From the NCBI GenBank assembly GCA_030141605.1, contig JAQGDQ010000022.1, forward strand, positions 124,001 to 188,000: a stretch of 64,000 bases of DNA. Reading direction: 5' to 3'. Shown one piece after another: positions 12,071 to 26,799 of this stretch (position 1 is the first letter of the stretch; each line of letters opens with the position of its first letter). Made by a program: the position numbers and the translations under genes. The notes beneath the pieces were generated by a model that worked only from the letters and a program-made list of their open reading frames with translations, was not told the origin of the DNA and did no database searches. This DNA is from Tubiluchus corallicola. Its lineage: Eukaryota > Animalia > Priapulida.

Positions 12071-15000
12071 TTCTACGGCAACACAAGGAGACAAGAATGT
12101 GACTGGCCTATATATAGCATCTTTAGTGTGAATAAGTAGAAATTTTATTCACGGTCAGGTAATTACTATGCACAGTATTGTAGGCCTATTTCGTGATCAA
12201 TGTATCCATACGTGTACGTCATATATGATTGAGCATGGAAGCCATACAATTCAAGAACAACCTGCATATTAAGGAAGCCCGTGCTGCGTCAGCTACACGT
12301 TAATCTGTCCAAAGCTGCCAACTTCAAGTGCCTCTAAAATGGCCAACGATTAAGTTTAGGTCGATGCGAAGCAGTTATACGACGCATCGTAAAACCTGAA
12401 AAATCCTCAAAACAATCAATGTTTGTCATCCGTATCAATAGCCTTAATGGCGTTAGGCTAATGGTCAATAATGACAAAGAAGTTGCAGAAGCTGAAAAAT
12501 CCACTAAAAGAATCAAAGGAGCCTATGTTTATTATCCATGACGAGTAGGCCAGACGATGGGCTAATTATCAATGAGCACAACAAGAACGGGTTACATAAG
12601 CAGGAAAAATCATTAAAAGAATCCATATTTATTATACACGTCAGGAGAATAGGCGACAGACTTGTGATAGCTGATCACAATATCAACTTGAAAAACAATA
12701 AAATAATCAATATTTATTATCCTTGTCAGTAGTCCAGACTAGACGTTAGACTAATGATCAATGACCACATGTCTGAGTCAGCTGCTGTCAGTTTTATACC
12801 TGCAGATTTCGTCATAAAACCTTCACTGCTGTTTTATGACTCTGCCTTCATTATGAGAACGGGTTCAATAAAATCGTTAAATATGCAGAGCCTTTGCAGA
12901 CGAATGGCAGAATTGTTTCTTATTAATTTCTTGCGCGGATTAGCGTTTTGTCGTATTTCGTTATATGATTGCAGTTTTTGATCACGATTAGAAGATTATT
13001 TTCGCAAAGTGGAGTATATGCTTACTTGCTTGCAAACCTCGTAGCTAGAGTTTTCAATCCCGAGATTGACTTTAAACTTGTGATTTCAAGATCAGGTGCA
13101 AGGTTAATTCAGTATTCCGAAGCACATTATTGAAAATGAAAAGTGGTCCTGTCCAAACGAGTTTTGCTAGCGTGCTTGCTTCCATTACGGATGCACGAGT
13201 TCAATTCTTGGCTATGTCCTTTACAAAAATTATTTAAGAAACCTTGGTGTAAAGGTGTAAACGAGGACTATTAAATTAAAAACGATATTGGAACTCAGTG
13301 TAACTAACAGATTTGGAATGTTACTCTTTCTTTCGAAAAATGGGTTAGTTTTCTAATGTGACAAGCGCTTAACTCATATTTGCTATTAATTGAGATATCG
13401 TCCGGTTTTGTCTCCTCTGCTTTTTGCAAGTCAAATCGCTTGTTGAGGAAGGAACTTTATCAGTGTTCAATAATACTAATATTCAAATTAGTGGCAATGA
13501 TGATAAGCATACGTGAGTAATAACTGGTTCCATATTATAGTTTGGAGTCATAATTAAGTAATAGTTGTTGTAACCTTTTCGTCTTCTATTACTGGCATAA
13601 CTCTTGCTTATAGGTCTCACTGTGCTACTCTATCTTCGGCTAGAACTTTGGCTGGGTGGTTTGTTTAGATCTTACAAATTACTTTTTTTGAGGAAGTACC
13701 ATATTGTTAGGAAACCAAGTAATAGAAGGAGCCCAAAACAGGGAATGTCTGTTTTTCCTTTCTTTTCTGGAACCGGTTTCGATAAAAGAACGTACATTCA
13801 TCAACTATTATATTCACCTTGCTCTTGCATTATTATTCTCTAGTGATGATTGTAAGAGACTGCAGTTACAATATTTCTTACCTTACTAATTTTACCAACC
13901 CCTAATTTTCAAGAGTTTAAAATTTTGCAAGAATAGAAGCACCAACGAAGCAGCAACAAGACAATACCTTGTTCATTAAAAGCAGTCGGTGATTAATTTG
14001 CTAAGTACTTAAATTTGCAGTGCGATGACAAAACATGCAGCGGAGCGGACTTTTCAAAGTTTTTAAACTAAGACCACTTCAAAGAGCTACGAAGAATATT
14101 ACTAAAAACAAACTTTAAGATAGTTTGTGCATGTCACGAGCCAAACAATTTGTAAAGAAGTAAATATTAGTAAAATACAGATAGGTTACATTTGAAAAGT
14201 TATATTTGACTGGTTATATTTGGTATAGGTAGTTTTTGTGAATTAGTAGAAATCACGAGTTTCGTGATCGCAAATGCTGTGAGCTGCACACATTGTCGCA
14301 GTTTACGAGAGATGCAGTTCGAACAGCCCTTCTCGATATGTCGAGACAAGTTGATTAATGATACGTTCTGGGCAGTTCAAATGAAGCTAATCTAAATACC
14401 TATAAAAACACAAACCACCGATACCTGGGAGACTATTATTATGTTGTTTTGGGGTCGCTATGTTGACTGATGCGTTAATGATAAAGTTGAATAAGTGTAC
14501 TATTTTGACTGCCTCAGTTTGTGGCATAAATGTAACCTATGGAAACCCTAAAGGTATTTTTTAATCCGTAGAAAAAAAGGTGAAAACGTTTTGAAGTCTT
14601 GGTAAGTTGATAAACGAAACAAAAACTTGAGCGGATTCGGACTAAGCTCAAGTTATTTTGTTTTGTTCTCTTGTTTCAAGATAAATAGAGCTATTTTTTG
14701 CTTTTAAATTCCAGGCTTTTATATTTCCAGCAGTAAGGTTTATTTTTGAAATATACATACATTCATCACAACTTCAGATACTTCATTGTTGTCTATTTAA
14801 AAAACATGGAATTTTCAAATGTACAACCGAAAATAAAGTGGAACAGCCAATAGTTCTTTTTCTGCCCCCGCTTGGGCTCGAATGAGAGTCTTTCTGCATT
14901 TATTACGCAGGGTACGTTAGCCTAAAACGAAGAAAGAAGAGAACTAATAGAAGAAAAATCAGTCTAAGAAGAATGTTAAGAAACAATAAAAAGGCAAAAA

Positions 15001-15104
15001 GAAGAAAGAATAGTTGCTGATGGTGATGATGAGAATAGTAATAATGAGGGTGTTGACGATGGCAACAATGCATATATGCATACATATATACGCACGAACG
15101 CTGG

Positions 15105-15168
15105 TGCACACACACACGCGCGCGCGCGCACGCGCCCGACCGCACGCACGCACACACACACATACACA
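15105..15168. repeat. (CA)n/(CG)n alternating purine-pyrimidine tract
   Basis: cacacacacgcgcgcgcgcgcacgcgc...cacacacaca. Confidence 0.85.
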
Positions 15169-15571
15169 ACAAAAATGGCGCCGGTAAATAATGACAACAA
15201 CAGCGACAACCTGACTGTGACAATGGTGATGACAGGTAATGAAATTAGAACCAGCCTATCAGTCAAACAGCTTACCAATCCAACAGACAATTAACCAACT
15301 GCCTGACCGACTCACCTTTCACCTAACCGACAGATTGTTTGACCTGCCACTCAGCAGTGGCCTAGCGAACATTTTAAACCATCATGGCATTGTGTATCAA
15401 TTTAATAAGTCATGTCACGTTGTAAAGCACAAATGATCCATGGATGAAAACTGTCAGCTTGAATGAAATATGAAGCAAAAACTAAAAATGAGCGCAGTTC
15501 TCTGCTTGCTGTAGAATTTTTTTGTTTAAGCTGCAGTTACAGTTTTCCTGCTTGCTAATTAACTGAAGTAT

Positions 15572-15768
15572 AATGATGATGGTGGTGATGATGATGTTGT
15601 TGATAATGATGATGATAATGATGGTCATGATGATGATGACGACGACGACGACGATAATGATGAAGATGATGATGATGATGGTGGTGGTGGTGGCTCTGGT
15701 GGTGATAGTGGTGGTAGTGTGGTGGTAATAATAATAATAATAATAATCATAATAATAATAATAATAAT

Positions 15769-15813
<45 letters not shown>

Positions 15814-15910
15814 AATAATAATAATAGTGATTGTGATAGTGATCATGAGAGTGACCGTAATGGTAATGGTAATGGCAATGGTAATAATAATAATAATCAT
15901 AATCATAATC
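15572..15910. repeat. Compound microsatellite (GAT)(GAC)(GGT)(AAT)(AAC)
   Basis: Successive trinucleotide blocks over about 340 bp. Confidence 0.95.
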
Positions 15911-18569
15911 AACTTGGTGCTGATTATGAATCTATTATTAGAAAAATACCTGAATATTAAAGATCGCAGAATGACGTTGTAGACTTTGCAACGTATCTTC
16001 TCACTGAAACAAGTTCGAGTTCAACTATTGGTCGAGAGACTCACTCACTAAACTGGAGATTGTGGATCAAAAATGTGGCCTGTCAACAGAAGCAAAATTT
16101 GTTCTAATATATTCGTTTGCATGTTTAGGTTTAGGAATTAGGTTTTTTAGAAAATTACGTCAGGACGTCATCTAGAATTCAAGATGGCAAATCGAAAAAA
16201 TGACGTCAATGACGCCAACTGGAACTCGAAATGGCAGATCAATAATCCGACTCCTTCAGTCTATGTGGAATTTGTTCTAGTATAGCTCCAACAACAATAA
16301 CAACCACAACAACAACAACAACCAGAAAGGTAGCGATCCCTTTTACCAAAAAAAGAACACGGATAACAATTCAGTGAAATTCCCATCTTACCAGTGTACA
16401 CTTCCTCACTTTGTCTCCTTATTAAGAAAAAATTAAGTTTCTAAAGTAATTTTTTTAGTATCACTGTTTGTAATATGTTTCTCACACTTGATTTCTGATG
16501 TGCCAAAAGAATAGTTTTTTTTAGGTATTACCATGACTCGATCGAATTACGTAACACTCACTCTTTGTGTTCTGTTTTGCTGACTTCGTCTGACTCGAGC
16601 ATTGAACGTGAATCAAAAGTCGAAATTTGATCATTTCTGACATGACGAGAATACGGCATATCATAACTTTCTGTCTGATTGTGAATTCTCTTCATAATCC
16701 CTGCTGTACATAAAGAGACAGCTACGTTATTTCATTACCGGGCAAAGAGACAGAAAACGGTTTGAACAGGGAAAAGAGAGGATGTACTGGACCACCTAAT
16801 TTTTACTATTCACAAAATTTGTAGCAAACAATTAGATTCATATGGCTTTTCTGAACCCATACACCCAGCTGTTAAAAATCTGTGATAAGACATGTGATAA
16901 GTAAGACATCACACCTGTGATAAGACAGATAATGTCGATTATCTACATAAAGCAACTCCTTACCTTTTAAAATCCTCCTATTTGCTGAACAAAAGAAATA
17001 TTTGCAAAAATTGATAATATTCCAATGAAAGCCACAGTGCGGATGTATCATACTACGTCTTTCTCCTTTTGAGGGTTTATTACGCTTCCACTAGTAATAA
17101 ATCTGAAAGCTCGTATTTTATAATATAAGTAAAAAATAAATAAAAAACATTTCTATTATATTATTTATTATATGTGTTATTTATTGTATAACTTATAAAT
17201 AATTAAGGCAGATCTCAGTGCCAACCACAATTTTGCAAGATCTGATATACTTTCAACTACAGAAATGACCAAAACTATTCTAGCAGATTCACGGGAGCAA
17301 TTTTCCGTCGATCGCCCACTCATTTATTAACCAGGTTCTGTGCTTCTTAAGTATCGTGATCGAGCGTACACTGTTACCTCTAACCTATTCCCCTTACCTC
17401 ATGTAATCATGTAGACGCACTGAGGAATGTATCTTGTTCAATGTGGATTTGCTACGCGCATCACATAGTTCAAATCTGCCATGACTCAAAGACGCATCAT
17501 AACACTTTAAATGCAGCGACGTAAATGCAGATGAAAATTATGCCGAGAGTTGGCCTTCTGTGTAGAGATACACAATATTTCCATTCCAACTCTTTGACAG
17601 AATATGAAAGTTACAAGTTAATATCGGCTGTCTCGCTCGAAAAATGCATTAACAAGTTGGCACACAGAAAACTGCTCTATAGGATCATCTGTATTGATGT
17701 TTTTTGGGCGCTTTATGATTTACTTTTAAAGTCGACGAATTCGCGGCAAAAATTATTAATCATTACAATAATAAACATGCAATAGTTCGCTTAGCAAACA
17801 ATAAACGAGTTTAAATAAACACTGAACGAATTTCATAAGTTTTTATATCTAGAATTGAATGCATGCAAAAAATTAGGTAAATACTAATAATTATTATTAC
17901 TAATTTTTTTTTCAATCATTTAAAGTCTATAAAACAAGATAAGATAAAGTACAGGTAAAACACACAGGGTTAGTTTACAGAAAACATAGTAAGTTTTATT
18001 TGCAAGAAAATATTATTTAAAATGGATATAAAAGTTATTTGCCACGACTTAAAATTGTTCGAACAAAAAATTGTTAAAAAATGGATAAAAAATCGGCATA
18101 GCAGGTTTTGTTGATAAAAAATTTTGACTCAGAAAGCAGCTTACTTCTGAAACCTATATTTAAATAGACATATTTATATAGGCATGTAGGTTTTATGTTA
18201 ATTTAATTGTAATAGTCGCTAAAGAACGTTATGGCTCGTGTTTTCATGCGCAAGTGAAGTGCATGATCGACTGAAATAAGTTTACTTTGCTTACTGAATA
18301 CAGCGTTTCTACGTATTCACGAAAGATAAACGCGGGTGATATATTGCGAAATAATCTACATACCTCGATATTTACTAATTTCCATACTAAAACACTGTCC
18401 TATAAACACAAGAAATAATAATTATCATGGTAATATTATGGACCTGGAAATGTAGCAAATAGCAATGAAATAATAATATGCAACTGTAATAACTGTAAGG
18501 CGGAACATGTGAGACAAAGAAATACAGTACAGGATCTGTAAAAAAAGACAAAGACAAGTAGAACAGTAT

Positions 18570-18665
18570 CACCACCATCGCCATCATCATCACTGTCAGC
18601 AGCAGAATCATCATCATCAACAGCAGCAGCACGCAGCAGCAAGTGAAAACAACGACAACAACGGC
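18570..18665. repeat. Degenerate (CAT/CAG/CAA)n tract
   Basis: Mixed trinucleotide repeat. Confidence 0.8.
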
Positions 18666-20105
18666 GTCCCAGTGACGTTGGGTGTTTCTATTATCCCCTT
18701 AACGAGAGAAATACTCGGAGACCCAATGGCGTCGAATCACTTATCCGCTTTCCAATCTGGTCCAGCTCTGCTAACCTTAGTAGCCACGCCATCATACATT
18801 CTTTAAATGACTCGCTGTACATATTTTTTCTAATTTATAACACGTTGCAGTTTATAGCCACTGTAAAACATAAAACGTGACTCCGTGACTCTTTTGTACA
18901 ACCAAATTAGACTATACACGTATTTTATTAGCACTGAAATTAAACTTTCTAGTTTTCGTAACGTATCGCCTTACTAAAAAATTTATTGAAATTACGTCGC
19001 GTCAGCACTATATGACACCCCAAAGAGCAGTTTCCTTAATAATCTTCTAGGAGTATGTTTATAATCTAAAACAAATTAAAGTTTTGCCTGTGTAGACATT
19101 TAAACCTAGTAACCCTGCAAAACTGCACAGAGTGATGGCAGACTTCTTCAGTCTGGCTACCCCGATGCGTCTTTACTCTCTTGACTTGTTGTCTAATACC
19201 GCTTCCGATTTCTTGCCATCAGATCAGTGGGTGTACAAAGTTTTGCTTAGCAGAAAACGACAGCTAAGGAAACTAGCCAGGATTGATGAGGTCATTTAAC
19301 TATTTATCGTCGCAACCGTCGTTAACTATCTCTCCAGAGCCTTTGACTTTTGCATGGAAACATAAAAGAGCAAAGGCAGAAGGTGAAAACAATTTGTTAA
19401 AGATTTGCTACGCCGACATGGATAAGCTCCACCAGAGTTCACAGAATTTAATGCCTGTACATTTTCAGGAAGTATTTGTTTTGAGCTTAATTGAGCAATT
19501 GACTGAAAATGAGGACAGCACATGAACGTCTGAAGCCATATGGTTTAATACAGTAATATGCAGACAGAACGTGTGGGCAGGCAACCAAGCAGGCAGGCAT
19601 GCTGACAACAACGACAAAAAAAGATGGACAAAGGCTACAGCAACACTGTGACATGAACTACTCTTATTTTTACAAACCAAACCTAGCACTGCCTATCTTG
19701 CTAGCCTCACAGGCATCATAATCACCTAGCTATTCACTTGACCTCGAAATGTCTTACATGCCTTTTTATCTATTTTTTACCTCGCGAGAAACTTGTGCAG
19801 ATGTTCTTAAACTGGTGTATCAACTTATTATGTTGTTTACGAATAAAGAGCACGTTCACACTTCTTACGTAACTTCAACACAAATACTTTCACATGTTTG
19901 GCATAACTGATCCCGGAATTGCTTCATAATTAACATTGTCTTGACGTTTATCTCGTTATTTAAGAAAACTTTTCCACCCATTATAATGATTGTCGTTTAT
20001 TTTATCCTGGTGTGCCACTTTTTCAACAGCGGAAATTTTGTTATTTCAGGCTTAGTGAGGAAGGCATGTGTTCCTTAACTTGTGGACGTCAGCGGTTGTG
20101 TCATA

Positions 20106-20326
20106 CAGGGTGTTCGAGAAGAAACAACGCAGTAGAAATATGCTAATCTGCTTATATTGAAAAAATATACAAAACAAATTATATTGAAAATTGACAATAC
20201 GAAAATATAACTGTATTTTTATGTCACTATGATGTCATAATGCGAAAGTCCATGATAACATTTCATTTTATCAGCATATTCAGTATATCAACATATTTCT
20301 ACTGTTCTTCTTTCTGTAACGCTCTG
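20106..20326. mobile_element. Tc1/mariner-type MITE (221 bp) with TA target-site duplication
   Basis: Left end TA|CAGGGTGTTCGAGAAGAAACAACGCAGTAGAAATATG; reverse complement of right end TA|CAGAGCGTTACAGAAAGAAGAACAGTAGAAATATG. TA at 20104-20105 and 20327-20328. No ORF. Confidence 0.8.
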
Positions 20327-20799
20327 TATTATTTACAAACACAAATCTGAGAGCATGACAAGTATCAGAAGTCAAAACCTGCACTTTAAACGACTATCAA
20401 AGTAGTTTTAAGTGTTACGTTTTCTTACATAACTAAAAATTAAGAAACTAACCTGGTACAAATTTATGTTTATTATAAAGCTTAAACTTTCTAAATTCTT
20501 TTTAACAATCCGTTTTATAAAGAACGCATAATATGATACATTTTATTTCATTTTTTTTATCAAAATCCAATGCTTGCGTACTAACAGCTATCATCGGAAA
20601 TATATAAAGAATGATTTAAAACTGATGATGACTGCTAATCTGTTATCATTGTTTGACAAAATTTATCAAATAGTGGGTTGTTCATGAAATTGTAAAAGCT
20701 TATTTTGCCGACTTTTTAAAAATGTATTGTTTTGTCAAACAGCAAAGGACCAAATCCTGAAATAGCTTATTTTCTCCTCGCGAATATTGCATAAGGGCG

Positions 20800-20900
20800 A
20801 ACCAAATAATCAACCAACCAACAACAACCAGTCAGCCACTCGACTTACCGACCAACCAATCAATCACCAACTAAACAATAAACTAACTGCCAGCCAGCTA
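20800..20900. repeat. Degenerate (AACC)n-like tetranucleotide tract
   Basis: Decayed array of aacc/aatc/aact units. Confidence 0.7.
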
Positions 20901-23010
20901 ACTTGTCGTGTTGTTTAACTAATAAACGTTCAGGCAGTTTGTAAATTAGTAAACAAATAAGCAACTATTCAACTAGCCTACATCCAATTAGCTCAGTAGC
21001 AATAATGTTGTTATGCTACTGAAGCAAATAAATTATTCTGTTTTCTGTAATATCCCAACAACATAATCAGTCAAATAGCCAGTAAACCAATCAACCTATA
21101 ATCATCCAGTCCATGTGGACTTATACTGTATTAAGTCATTCTTGCTATGCATACGAATTGAAATGGGTAAAAATTAAAGCTGATTGGTGCGCCATGTGAT
21201 GGGGACAAGTGTTTGGAGTTAGAATATTCCTAGAAAATAATATTGTCGTTTAGATCAATTTATGCAAATCCTTCGTTACAGAAAGGCTACAGGAATGTTC
21301 AAGCACGTGTTCTATATAATTTATACAACTGACAAAGAAAAATGCAGTACTTGATTATTTTTTGTAATAATTCATTAGCTTTTTTTGAACACTAGAATGT
21401 TCACATTATATTTGAAAATATTTGAAACCAAGAAAGATTGATAAATTGGTTATACTGCAATTTAAATAACAGCATCCGGACAAGAATTTTCGTTGAGGTT
21501 TGCAGCAAGAGGCGGGAGGTTCTGCCATATATTTTTCTTACATCTTTTACAAATGCAGCCGGTTTTATACTAAAATATTGCGAACATTTCAGCAAGGCGC
21601 TTAAACACCATGGGTATTTAAGAAGCATGCCAGCATTTCAGTAAGACACTACCTTAATACACACAACGCAATAACAATTATAAAAACAATAGGCAATTCG
21701 TTCATAAAGTGAAATTCGAAGTAGTTAATGAAAGCAAAGAGTTAGCTGCAAGCTTTAGATTTGTATTCAAATCATTGTAAAACAAAAAATGAGAAACAGA
21801 GTATATTGTTTGAAATCCACTGTTTCTGAATTTTTGCCCTGCGATGTATATTAGAACATCAGAAGTTTTCAGGTAAAATTTTTGCCGTTGGTAGTGAATT
21901 TTAGTTTTTTAGTGACTTGTGGATGCATACGGGATGCCTTTTATACTGTTAATATGCATTATATCTCTTCAAATGTTGTTTACCAAAAACCGCTAATATC
22001 ATTTATATGTCATTGTAGGATACGCAGAGCAAATTAAATAATTAGACTGTTCAAACTTGGAAAATGGGAGTGCGACTTCAATATGGCTCAGCACTTTTTA
22101 GCTTTTTCACGTGTTTTTCGTTAAACTTCTAATGAAAACGTCACCCCTTCTACAAATAAACTTCACACGTGATTAACGCGCAACTTGTTTTCTTTATGAA
22201 ATGCCGCAGAAAAGCTGACATGAAAATATCTCTATTTGCCTCACTATTTATTTAAATTTATAGGTTTATTTGCATTCTGTCCGATGAGTTATTGCGCTTT
22301 CCACGGCAAAATTATTGCTCGGCTTTTGTCTAAAAGAGAATATTTATTCGGTGGCATGTAATTTTCGTCACAGGTTCTAGCGGCAATGCATCACACAGCA
22401 TATAATATGAAAATAAGTAGTGTGATAATGTGACAGTGTTTTATTTTAAACATAGTAATGGACAAATATTATTTTATGGTTCTACTCAGACAGCAAAGAG
22501 TAGTAACAGAATAGAGCACACTAGATTTTTTACTTGAACAAATAAAAAAATGACATTATTTCTATTATGATTCAAGTGAGACATGCCTTTAGCTATACTA
22601 AATAAAACGCAATTATATAAAAAAATTAAGGTGAAAGCAAACAACTAAGTACAAAACATTTTTATAATGCTAAAACACTTCTTTACACGCGTTTGCTTTT
22701 AAACGATAAAAGAAGTGAGTTCGATTCCTTGGTGAGAAATTTCTTTTTGCTTTGTTGGTTGTTGGTCCTATTGAGTATACATCAAAAAATAACCAAACTT
22801 TCTTGAATCTAATCTCTGCGCTGTGTACAGTGCTTTCTTTGTGAGTGAGCGTAACATTATTATTTATACAACTAATCTAGACCATGTTGCCAAAGTCTAG
22901 TAAGACATGCTCTAGAGCATTTACTACTTTCTGTTATTTTTCTGTCGTGGAGGAAACCTGTGTTGACAAATACAGTGATTTCTCCATTAATGAGAAATAG
23001 GAGGAAGAGG

Positions 23011-23184
<174 letters not shown>

Positions 23185-23420
23185 AAAAGAATGTACCCAT
23201 ATCATTGGCGTGACGGAACATAGGGTTAGACGGTAGTACTGTATTTATTTTCATAACTTCGGCTCCCACTATATGACTAGGCATTTTAAGCTACGTAGTT
23301 GGGACGGCGGCCAAAACGTTTTGTTTTAACGAAACACGACCCAAGAATTCCCAATATGAGTGGGATTCGAACCAGAGCTCTTGAATCTATAATCTAGCGC
23401 CGTACTACAGCGTGTCCTCA
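23185..23420 (-). mobile_element. Probable tRNA-derived SINE remnant
   Basis: Minus-strand Pol III B box GGTTCGAATCCC at 23362-23373 inside a degenerate tRNA-like head, then ~170 bp of body, then the 23011-23184 microsatellite in tail position. The A box is poor. Confidence 0.5.
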
Positions 23421-25224
23421 TTGAACAGATTTGAAATCGCTCGTGTTTTGTTAACGGTTTAACACATTTTTCTACGGCTTCACTTATCTGTCGATACATT
23501 CATGGTTGCGCGAGTCTCCTGATGACTTCACATCTCCTGATGGTCTTCGTGAATACCTTAGCATTTAGTCTTACTATGTTTCAAGTGCCTCCTTGCGATT
23601 TTATACACGTCTTCCCATTGCTATAGTTAGAAACTGCATGACTGTTGCTTTGAATAATCGTTACGTTTACAAACATTAACCAGACAGAATTCTAATATAA
23701 CAATCTGCATTCAAAATAAGTAAATAGTCTAGCAAGTTCTATGTTTCCTAGGTCAGTAGCTTGTCAGCACCATGTCTGAAATTTGTGTCTTAGCTTGCTT
23801 TGGTGAAGCCCACAAACACCATATTGTCGTTATAAATTTTGCTTACAATTTTTTTAATATACTTTTGGTACAGACAATATTCCAAGATGACACTGATGAT
23901 GATGTTAAATTAAATGATGAAACGCGTTTGACTTCATTAAACTGTAGTGTTATTTCTAAGAATATACTAAATTTTAATATATTCACGCTTCATTACAATG
24001 AAATATTTTACAATTATCGTTCTTATGTTTCCATTTTTTGTAACAAATGATTCAAAATGTCATCGCACTACATCTTCTGCTGGCCAAAATTGAATTACTG
24101 ATACGCAGTTACGAAGTCTGTTAAGATTTTATAAATTTACAAGGCATGTGTGTAACCGCCTCACACTCACAGTTAATTCAATTTACATGTCATTGTGTAA
24201 AAGTACAGAAGAGAAATTCTTTGAGTAAAACCATAACGGGATGACACCTTTGCGCTTTAAACACCTTTCTTGGTGATTTTATGACTTTTTATGATTTTAT
24301 ACTGACATTGTATCTGTGTTAGGCATGTTTGTTTTATGGTGATTGCCTTATGGCACCAGTAAATGAACGAATGAATAAATGCTTACTGTTTAATCGGCAG
24401 AAATCAATGCAACGTCATAAGTCTATTAAAACATTTGAGACGGAATGGCAAATGAACTTTGCAGGTATTTGTGTAGACAGAAAGACATATAGATGAATAA
24501 ATAAATTCCATCTTTCATGAAGGGGATGGGTTTTAAACTTTTAAACCTTATGACGAACAGGGATTCATTGGAAAATATGATATCTCAATATTAATGAATG
24601 CTTTGGAGCAATTTCGAAGAAAATCTTCCATCCCATTTCCATCTAGTGTTTCACGGAGCTTAAAAGCCAAAGAAAATACACCATATAGGTACAGTTAAGT
24701 AAGTATAACCTATAATTTTAGTGTTCAAGTTGGTTTTGTAGAAAAAGTTAGAATAAAATACAAGAAGAAGCAAGAATACGGTTTTGAAAAACACCTGCCC
24801 TCTCCACAGAGTATTGTCAGTCTGCCAACTAATATAGCCCACACAGCTAGAATTTCTTTTTCGACAAAAATTTTGTAAGAGGCAAGGTCGAAGACGCAAA
24901 ACCACATCTGTTCTTTGCTACTAGCTGATCGGATATTGTTTGTTATTAAATCTGGCTGTTCGTGTTCGTGCTGTTACCGATATAGACAATTACGTTGCGC
25001 ATTTGTGACTACGCTTTAAGCCTCGGAGCGTTAAATCCACAAAAACTGTTAGTAAAGGTTAGTAATTTCAGGCAAAATCTATGACCTATGAAATCCGAGT
25101 CGTCACTCTTGAACTATGCAGTTGGTTTGTTTATTGCAGGTTTTTTGAAAAAGCGCTTTAAACTGATGAAATTTTGATGCGCGATTAAACAGAAGCTTCG
25201 TGCTTTAGTTCACGTGTACAAGTC

Positions 25225-25490
25225 AATAAAAAGCAACAATATCAACAACGAAAACGACAACAGTCGGAACAGCAACAACAAAACAACAACAACAACAACA
25301 ACAGAGCAGTAGCAGCGGCAGCAGTAACAACAGTAACGTAGGCAGTGGTAGTGGCGGCGATGACGACAACAACAACAGCGATGATGGCAATGGCGTCGAC
25401 GACGACAACAAGAGCAACAACAAGAGCAACAGCAGCAACAACAACGACGCTGTCAACGATAATAGCAATGACATTAATGTCAATGACGTC
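25225..25490. repeat. Degenerate (CAA/CAG/GAC)n tract
   Basis: Mixed trinucleotide low-complexity sequence. Confidence 0.9.
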
Positions 25491-26799
25491 AGTGACTGTC
25501 TACGTGAAAACACTTCTGTCCTAACCACGTCAAAAACTCCGAAGATCAAAAATGCGCAAAGTCTATTAACTAATCCCAACAATTTTGGCACTGAAGTTGT
25601 TTTCAGGCTAACATGTTCATTAGGAAAACACTTGCCTTATCAAGCAAAGTCTTATCAAACTGATCGAAATTTAAATTGTTACATTCATGCCTAAACAGTA
25701 AATTATTCAGTGTTATTGAGTAGATCCAAGTTTACCTGTTTAAACAGAAATGAAGCGCTTTCAAAATCCACAATTACATAAGGAAAGAATTAACGAAGGC
25801 GGCTAGATTCATTGGTAGAAAAACATGCCCTGTTGCACAAGAGAAGTTTTGTTGGGCATAATAAATCACGTTAAGCCAAAACTAAATTATTTAATATCAG
25901 CTTGGCTTTAGCACTGTTATAGGAGTCAGAAAGAAGCATTAAGCTTCAAATAACAAGGCCCAAAACACTGCATTTGCTAAGCGTGGCGAAATAAAACGAC
26001 ATAGATGTGTTCTTTTAATTTCCCTCTTTTGGTGACCAAGGAGCCTTCCTAATACAACGTTAAATTCATGTGGTTAGGTAAGAATAAACTGCACAGATGT
26101 TTAAATAGTAATTAATAGTGTTTGGAAAACATTAATTTGTTCTGCCATTCAAAGAATTACGTCCTGTTTAGAGTCAAATCTCTAGTGGCGTTCCTGTACC
26201 ATCAATGGCCTTTATTAAACAGTGAAATGAAAACCTGTGATTTTAGACTTTTGCTGTGCACCTTGTTTATGGGCTCAGCTTTTTATTGCTTTGCTTAGAC
26301 AAATGCTTAGAAACATGGTAACGACTTAAAAACAAGAAACAAATAAGTAATGTGCAAAGGAGTAAATTCATAAAAGTCAGAAAGGAAGAGACTATTCGTC
26401 CTCACAAAAACAAGAAGACGTATAGAGTTCAAGAAGGCAGATTAGTATTAAGTCTTTGATTTAATGTCCATTTCAGGATAATAATGATGATGATGGCATG
26501 ATTAACAAAAATGGCACGGACGACAATGTCAAAGGAGAGGATGATGATGATGGTCTGTTAATGTGTGAAGTTTCATCTGATCACTGATAATGATGTAGTA
26601 AAATAAAAAAACTGCAAATAATACATATAAGACCCTGAAACTAAAATCACGAGTGTAAAAATACAGTATAATAGTTTAAACTATTGTAAAAGACAAGAAA
26701 AAAGGGGTTCCTAAAGTAGGTTCCAGAAAAATCGCCTTAAAAATATATTACTTTATAGTAATTTTAAGCATGTATCCTTCTCGCGTTAAAAGGATATTT

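Noticed and set aside
16160-16245. Two ~30-bp similar units containing AAGATGGC/AAATGGC
   Set aside because: Too short and diverged to call; probably a transposon scrap.
18665-18810. Possible RTE-like LINE 3' remnant next to a trinucleotide tract
   Set aside because: Similarity is limited to a few ambiguous codons.
19135-19299. 54-codon ORF MADFFSLATPMRLYSLDLL...RKLARIDEVI
   Set aside because: Protein-like, but no recognisable motif, and this length is expected by chance in 64 kb.
23355-23420. Possible tRNA gene
   Set aside because: Only the B box/T-loop is good; no acceptor stem or cloverleaf could be built, so it is treated as SINE-like.
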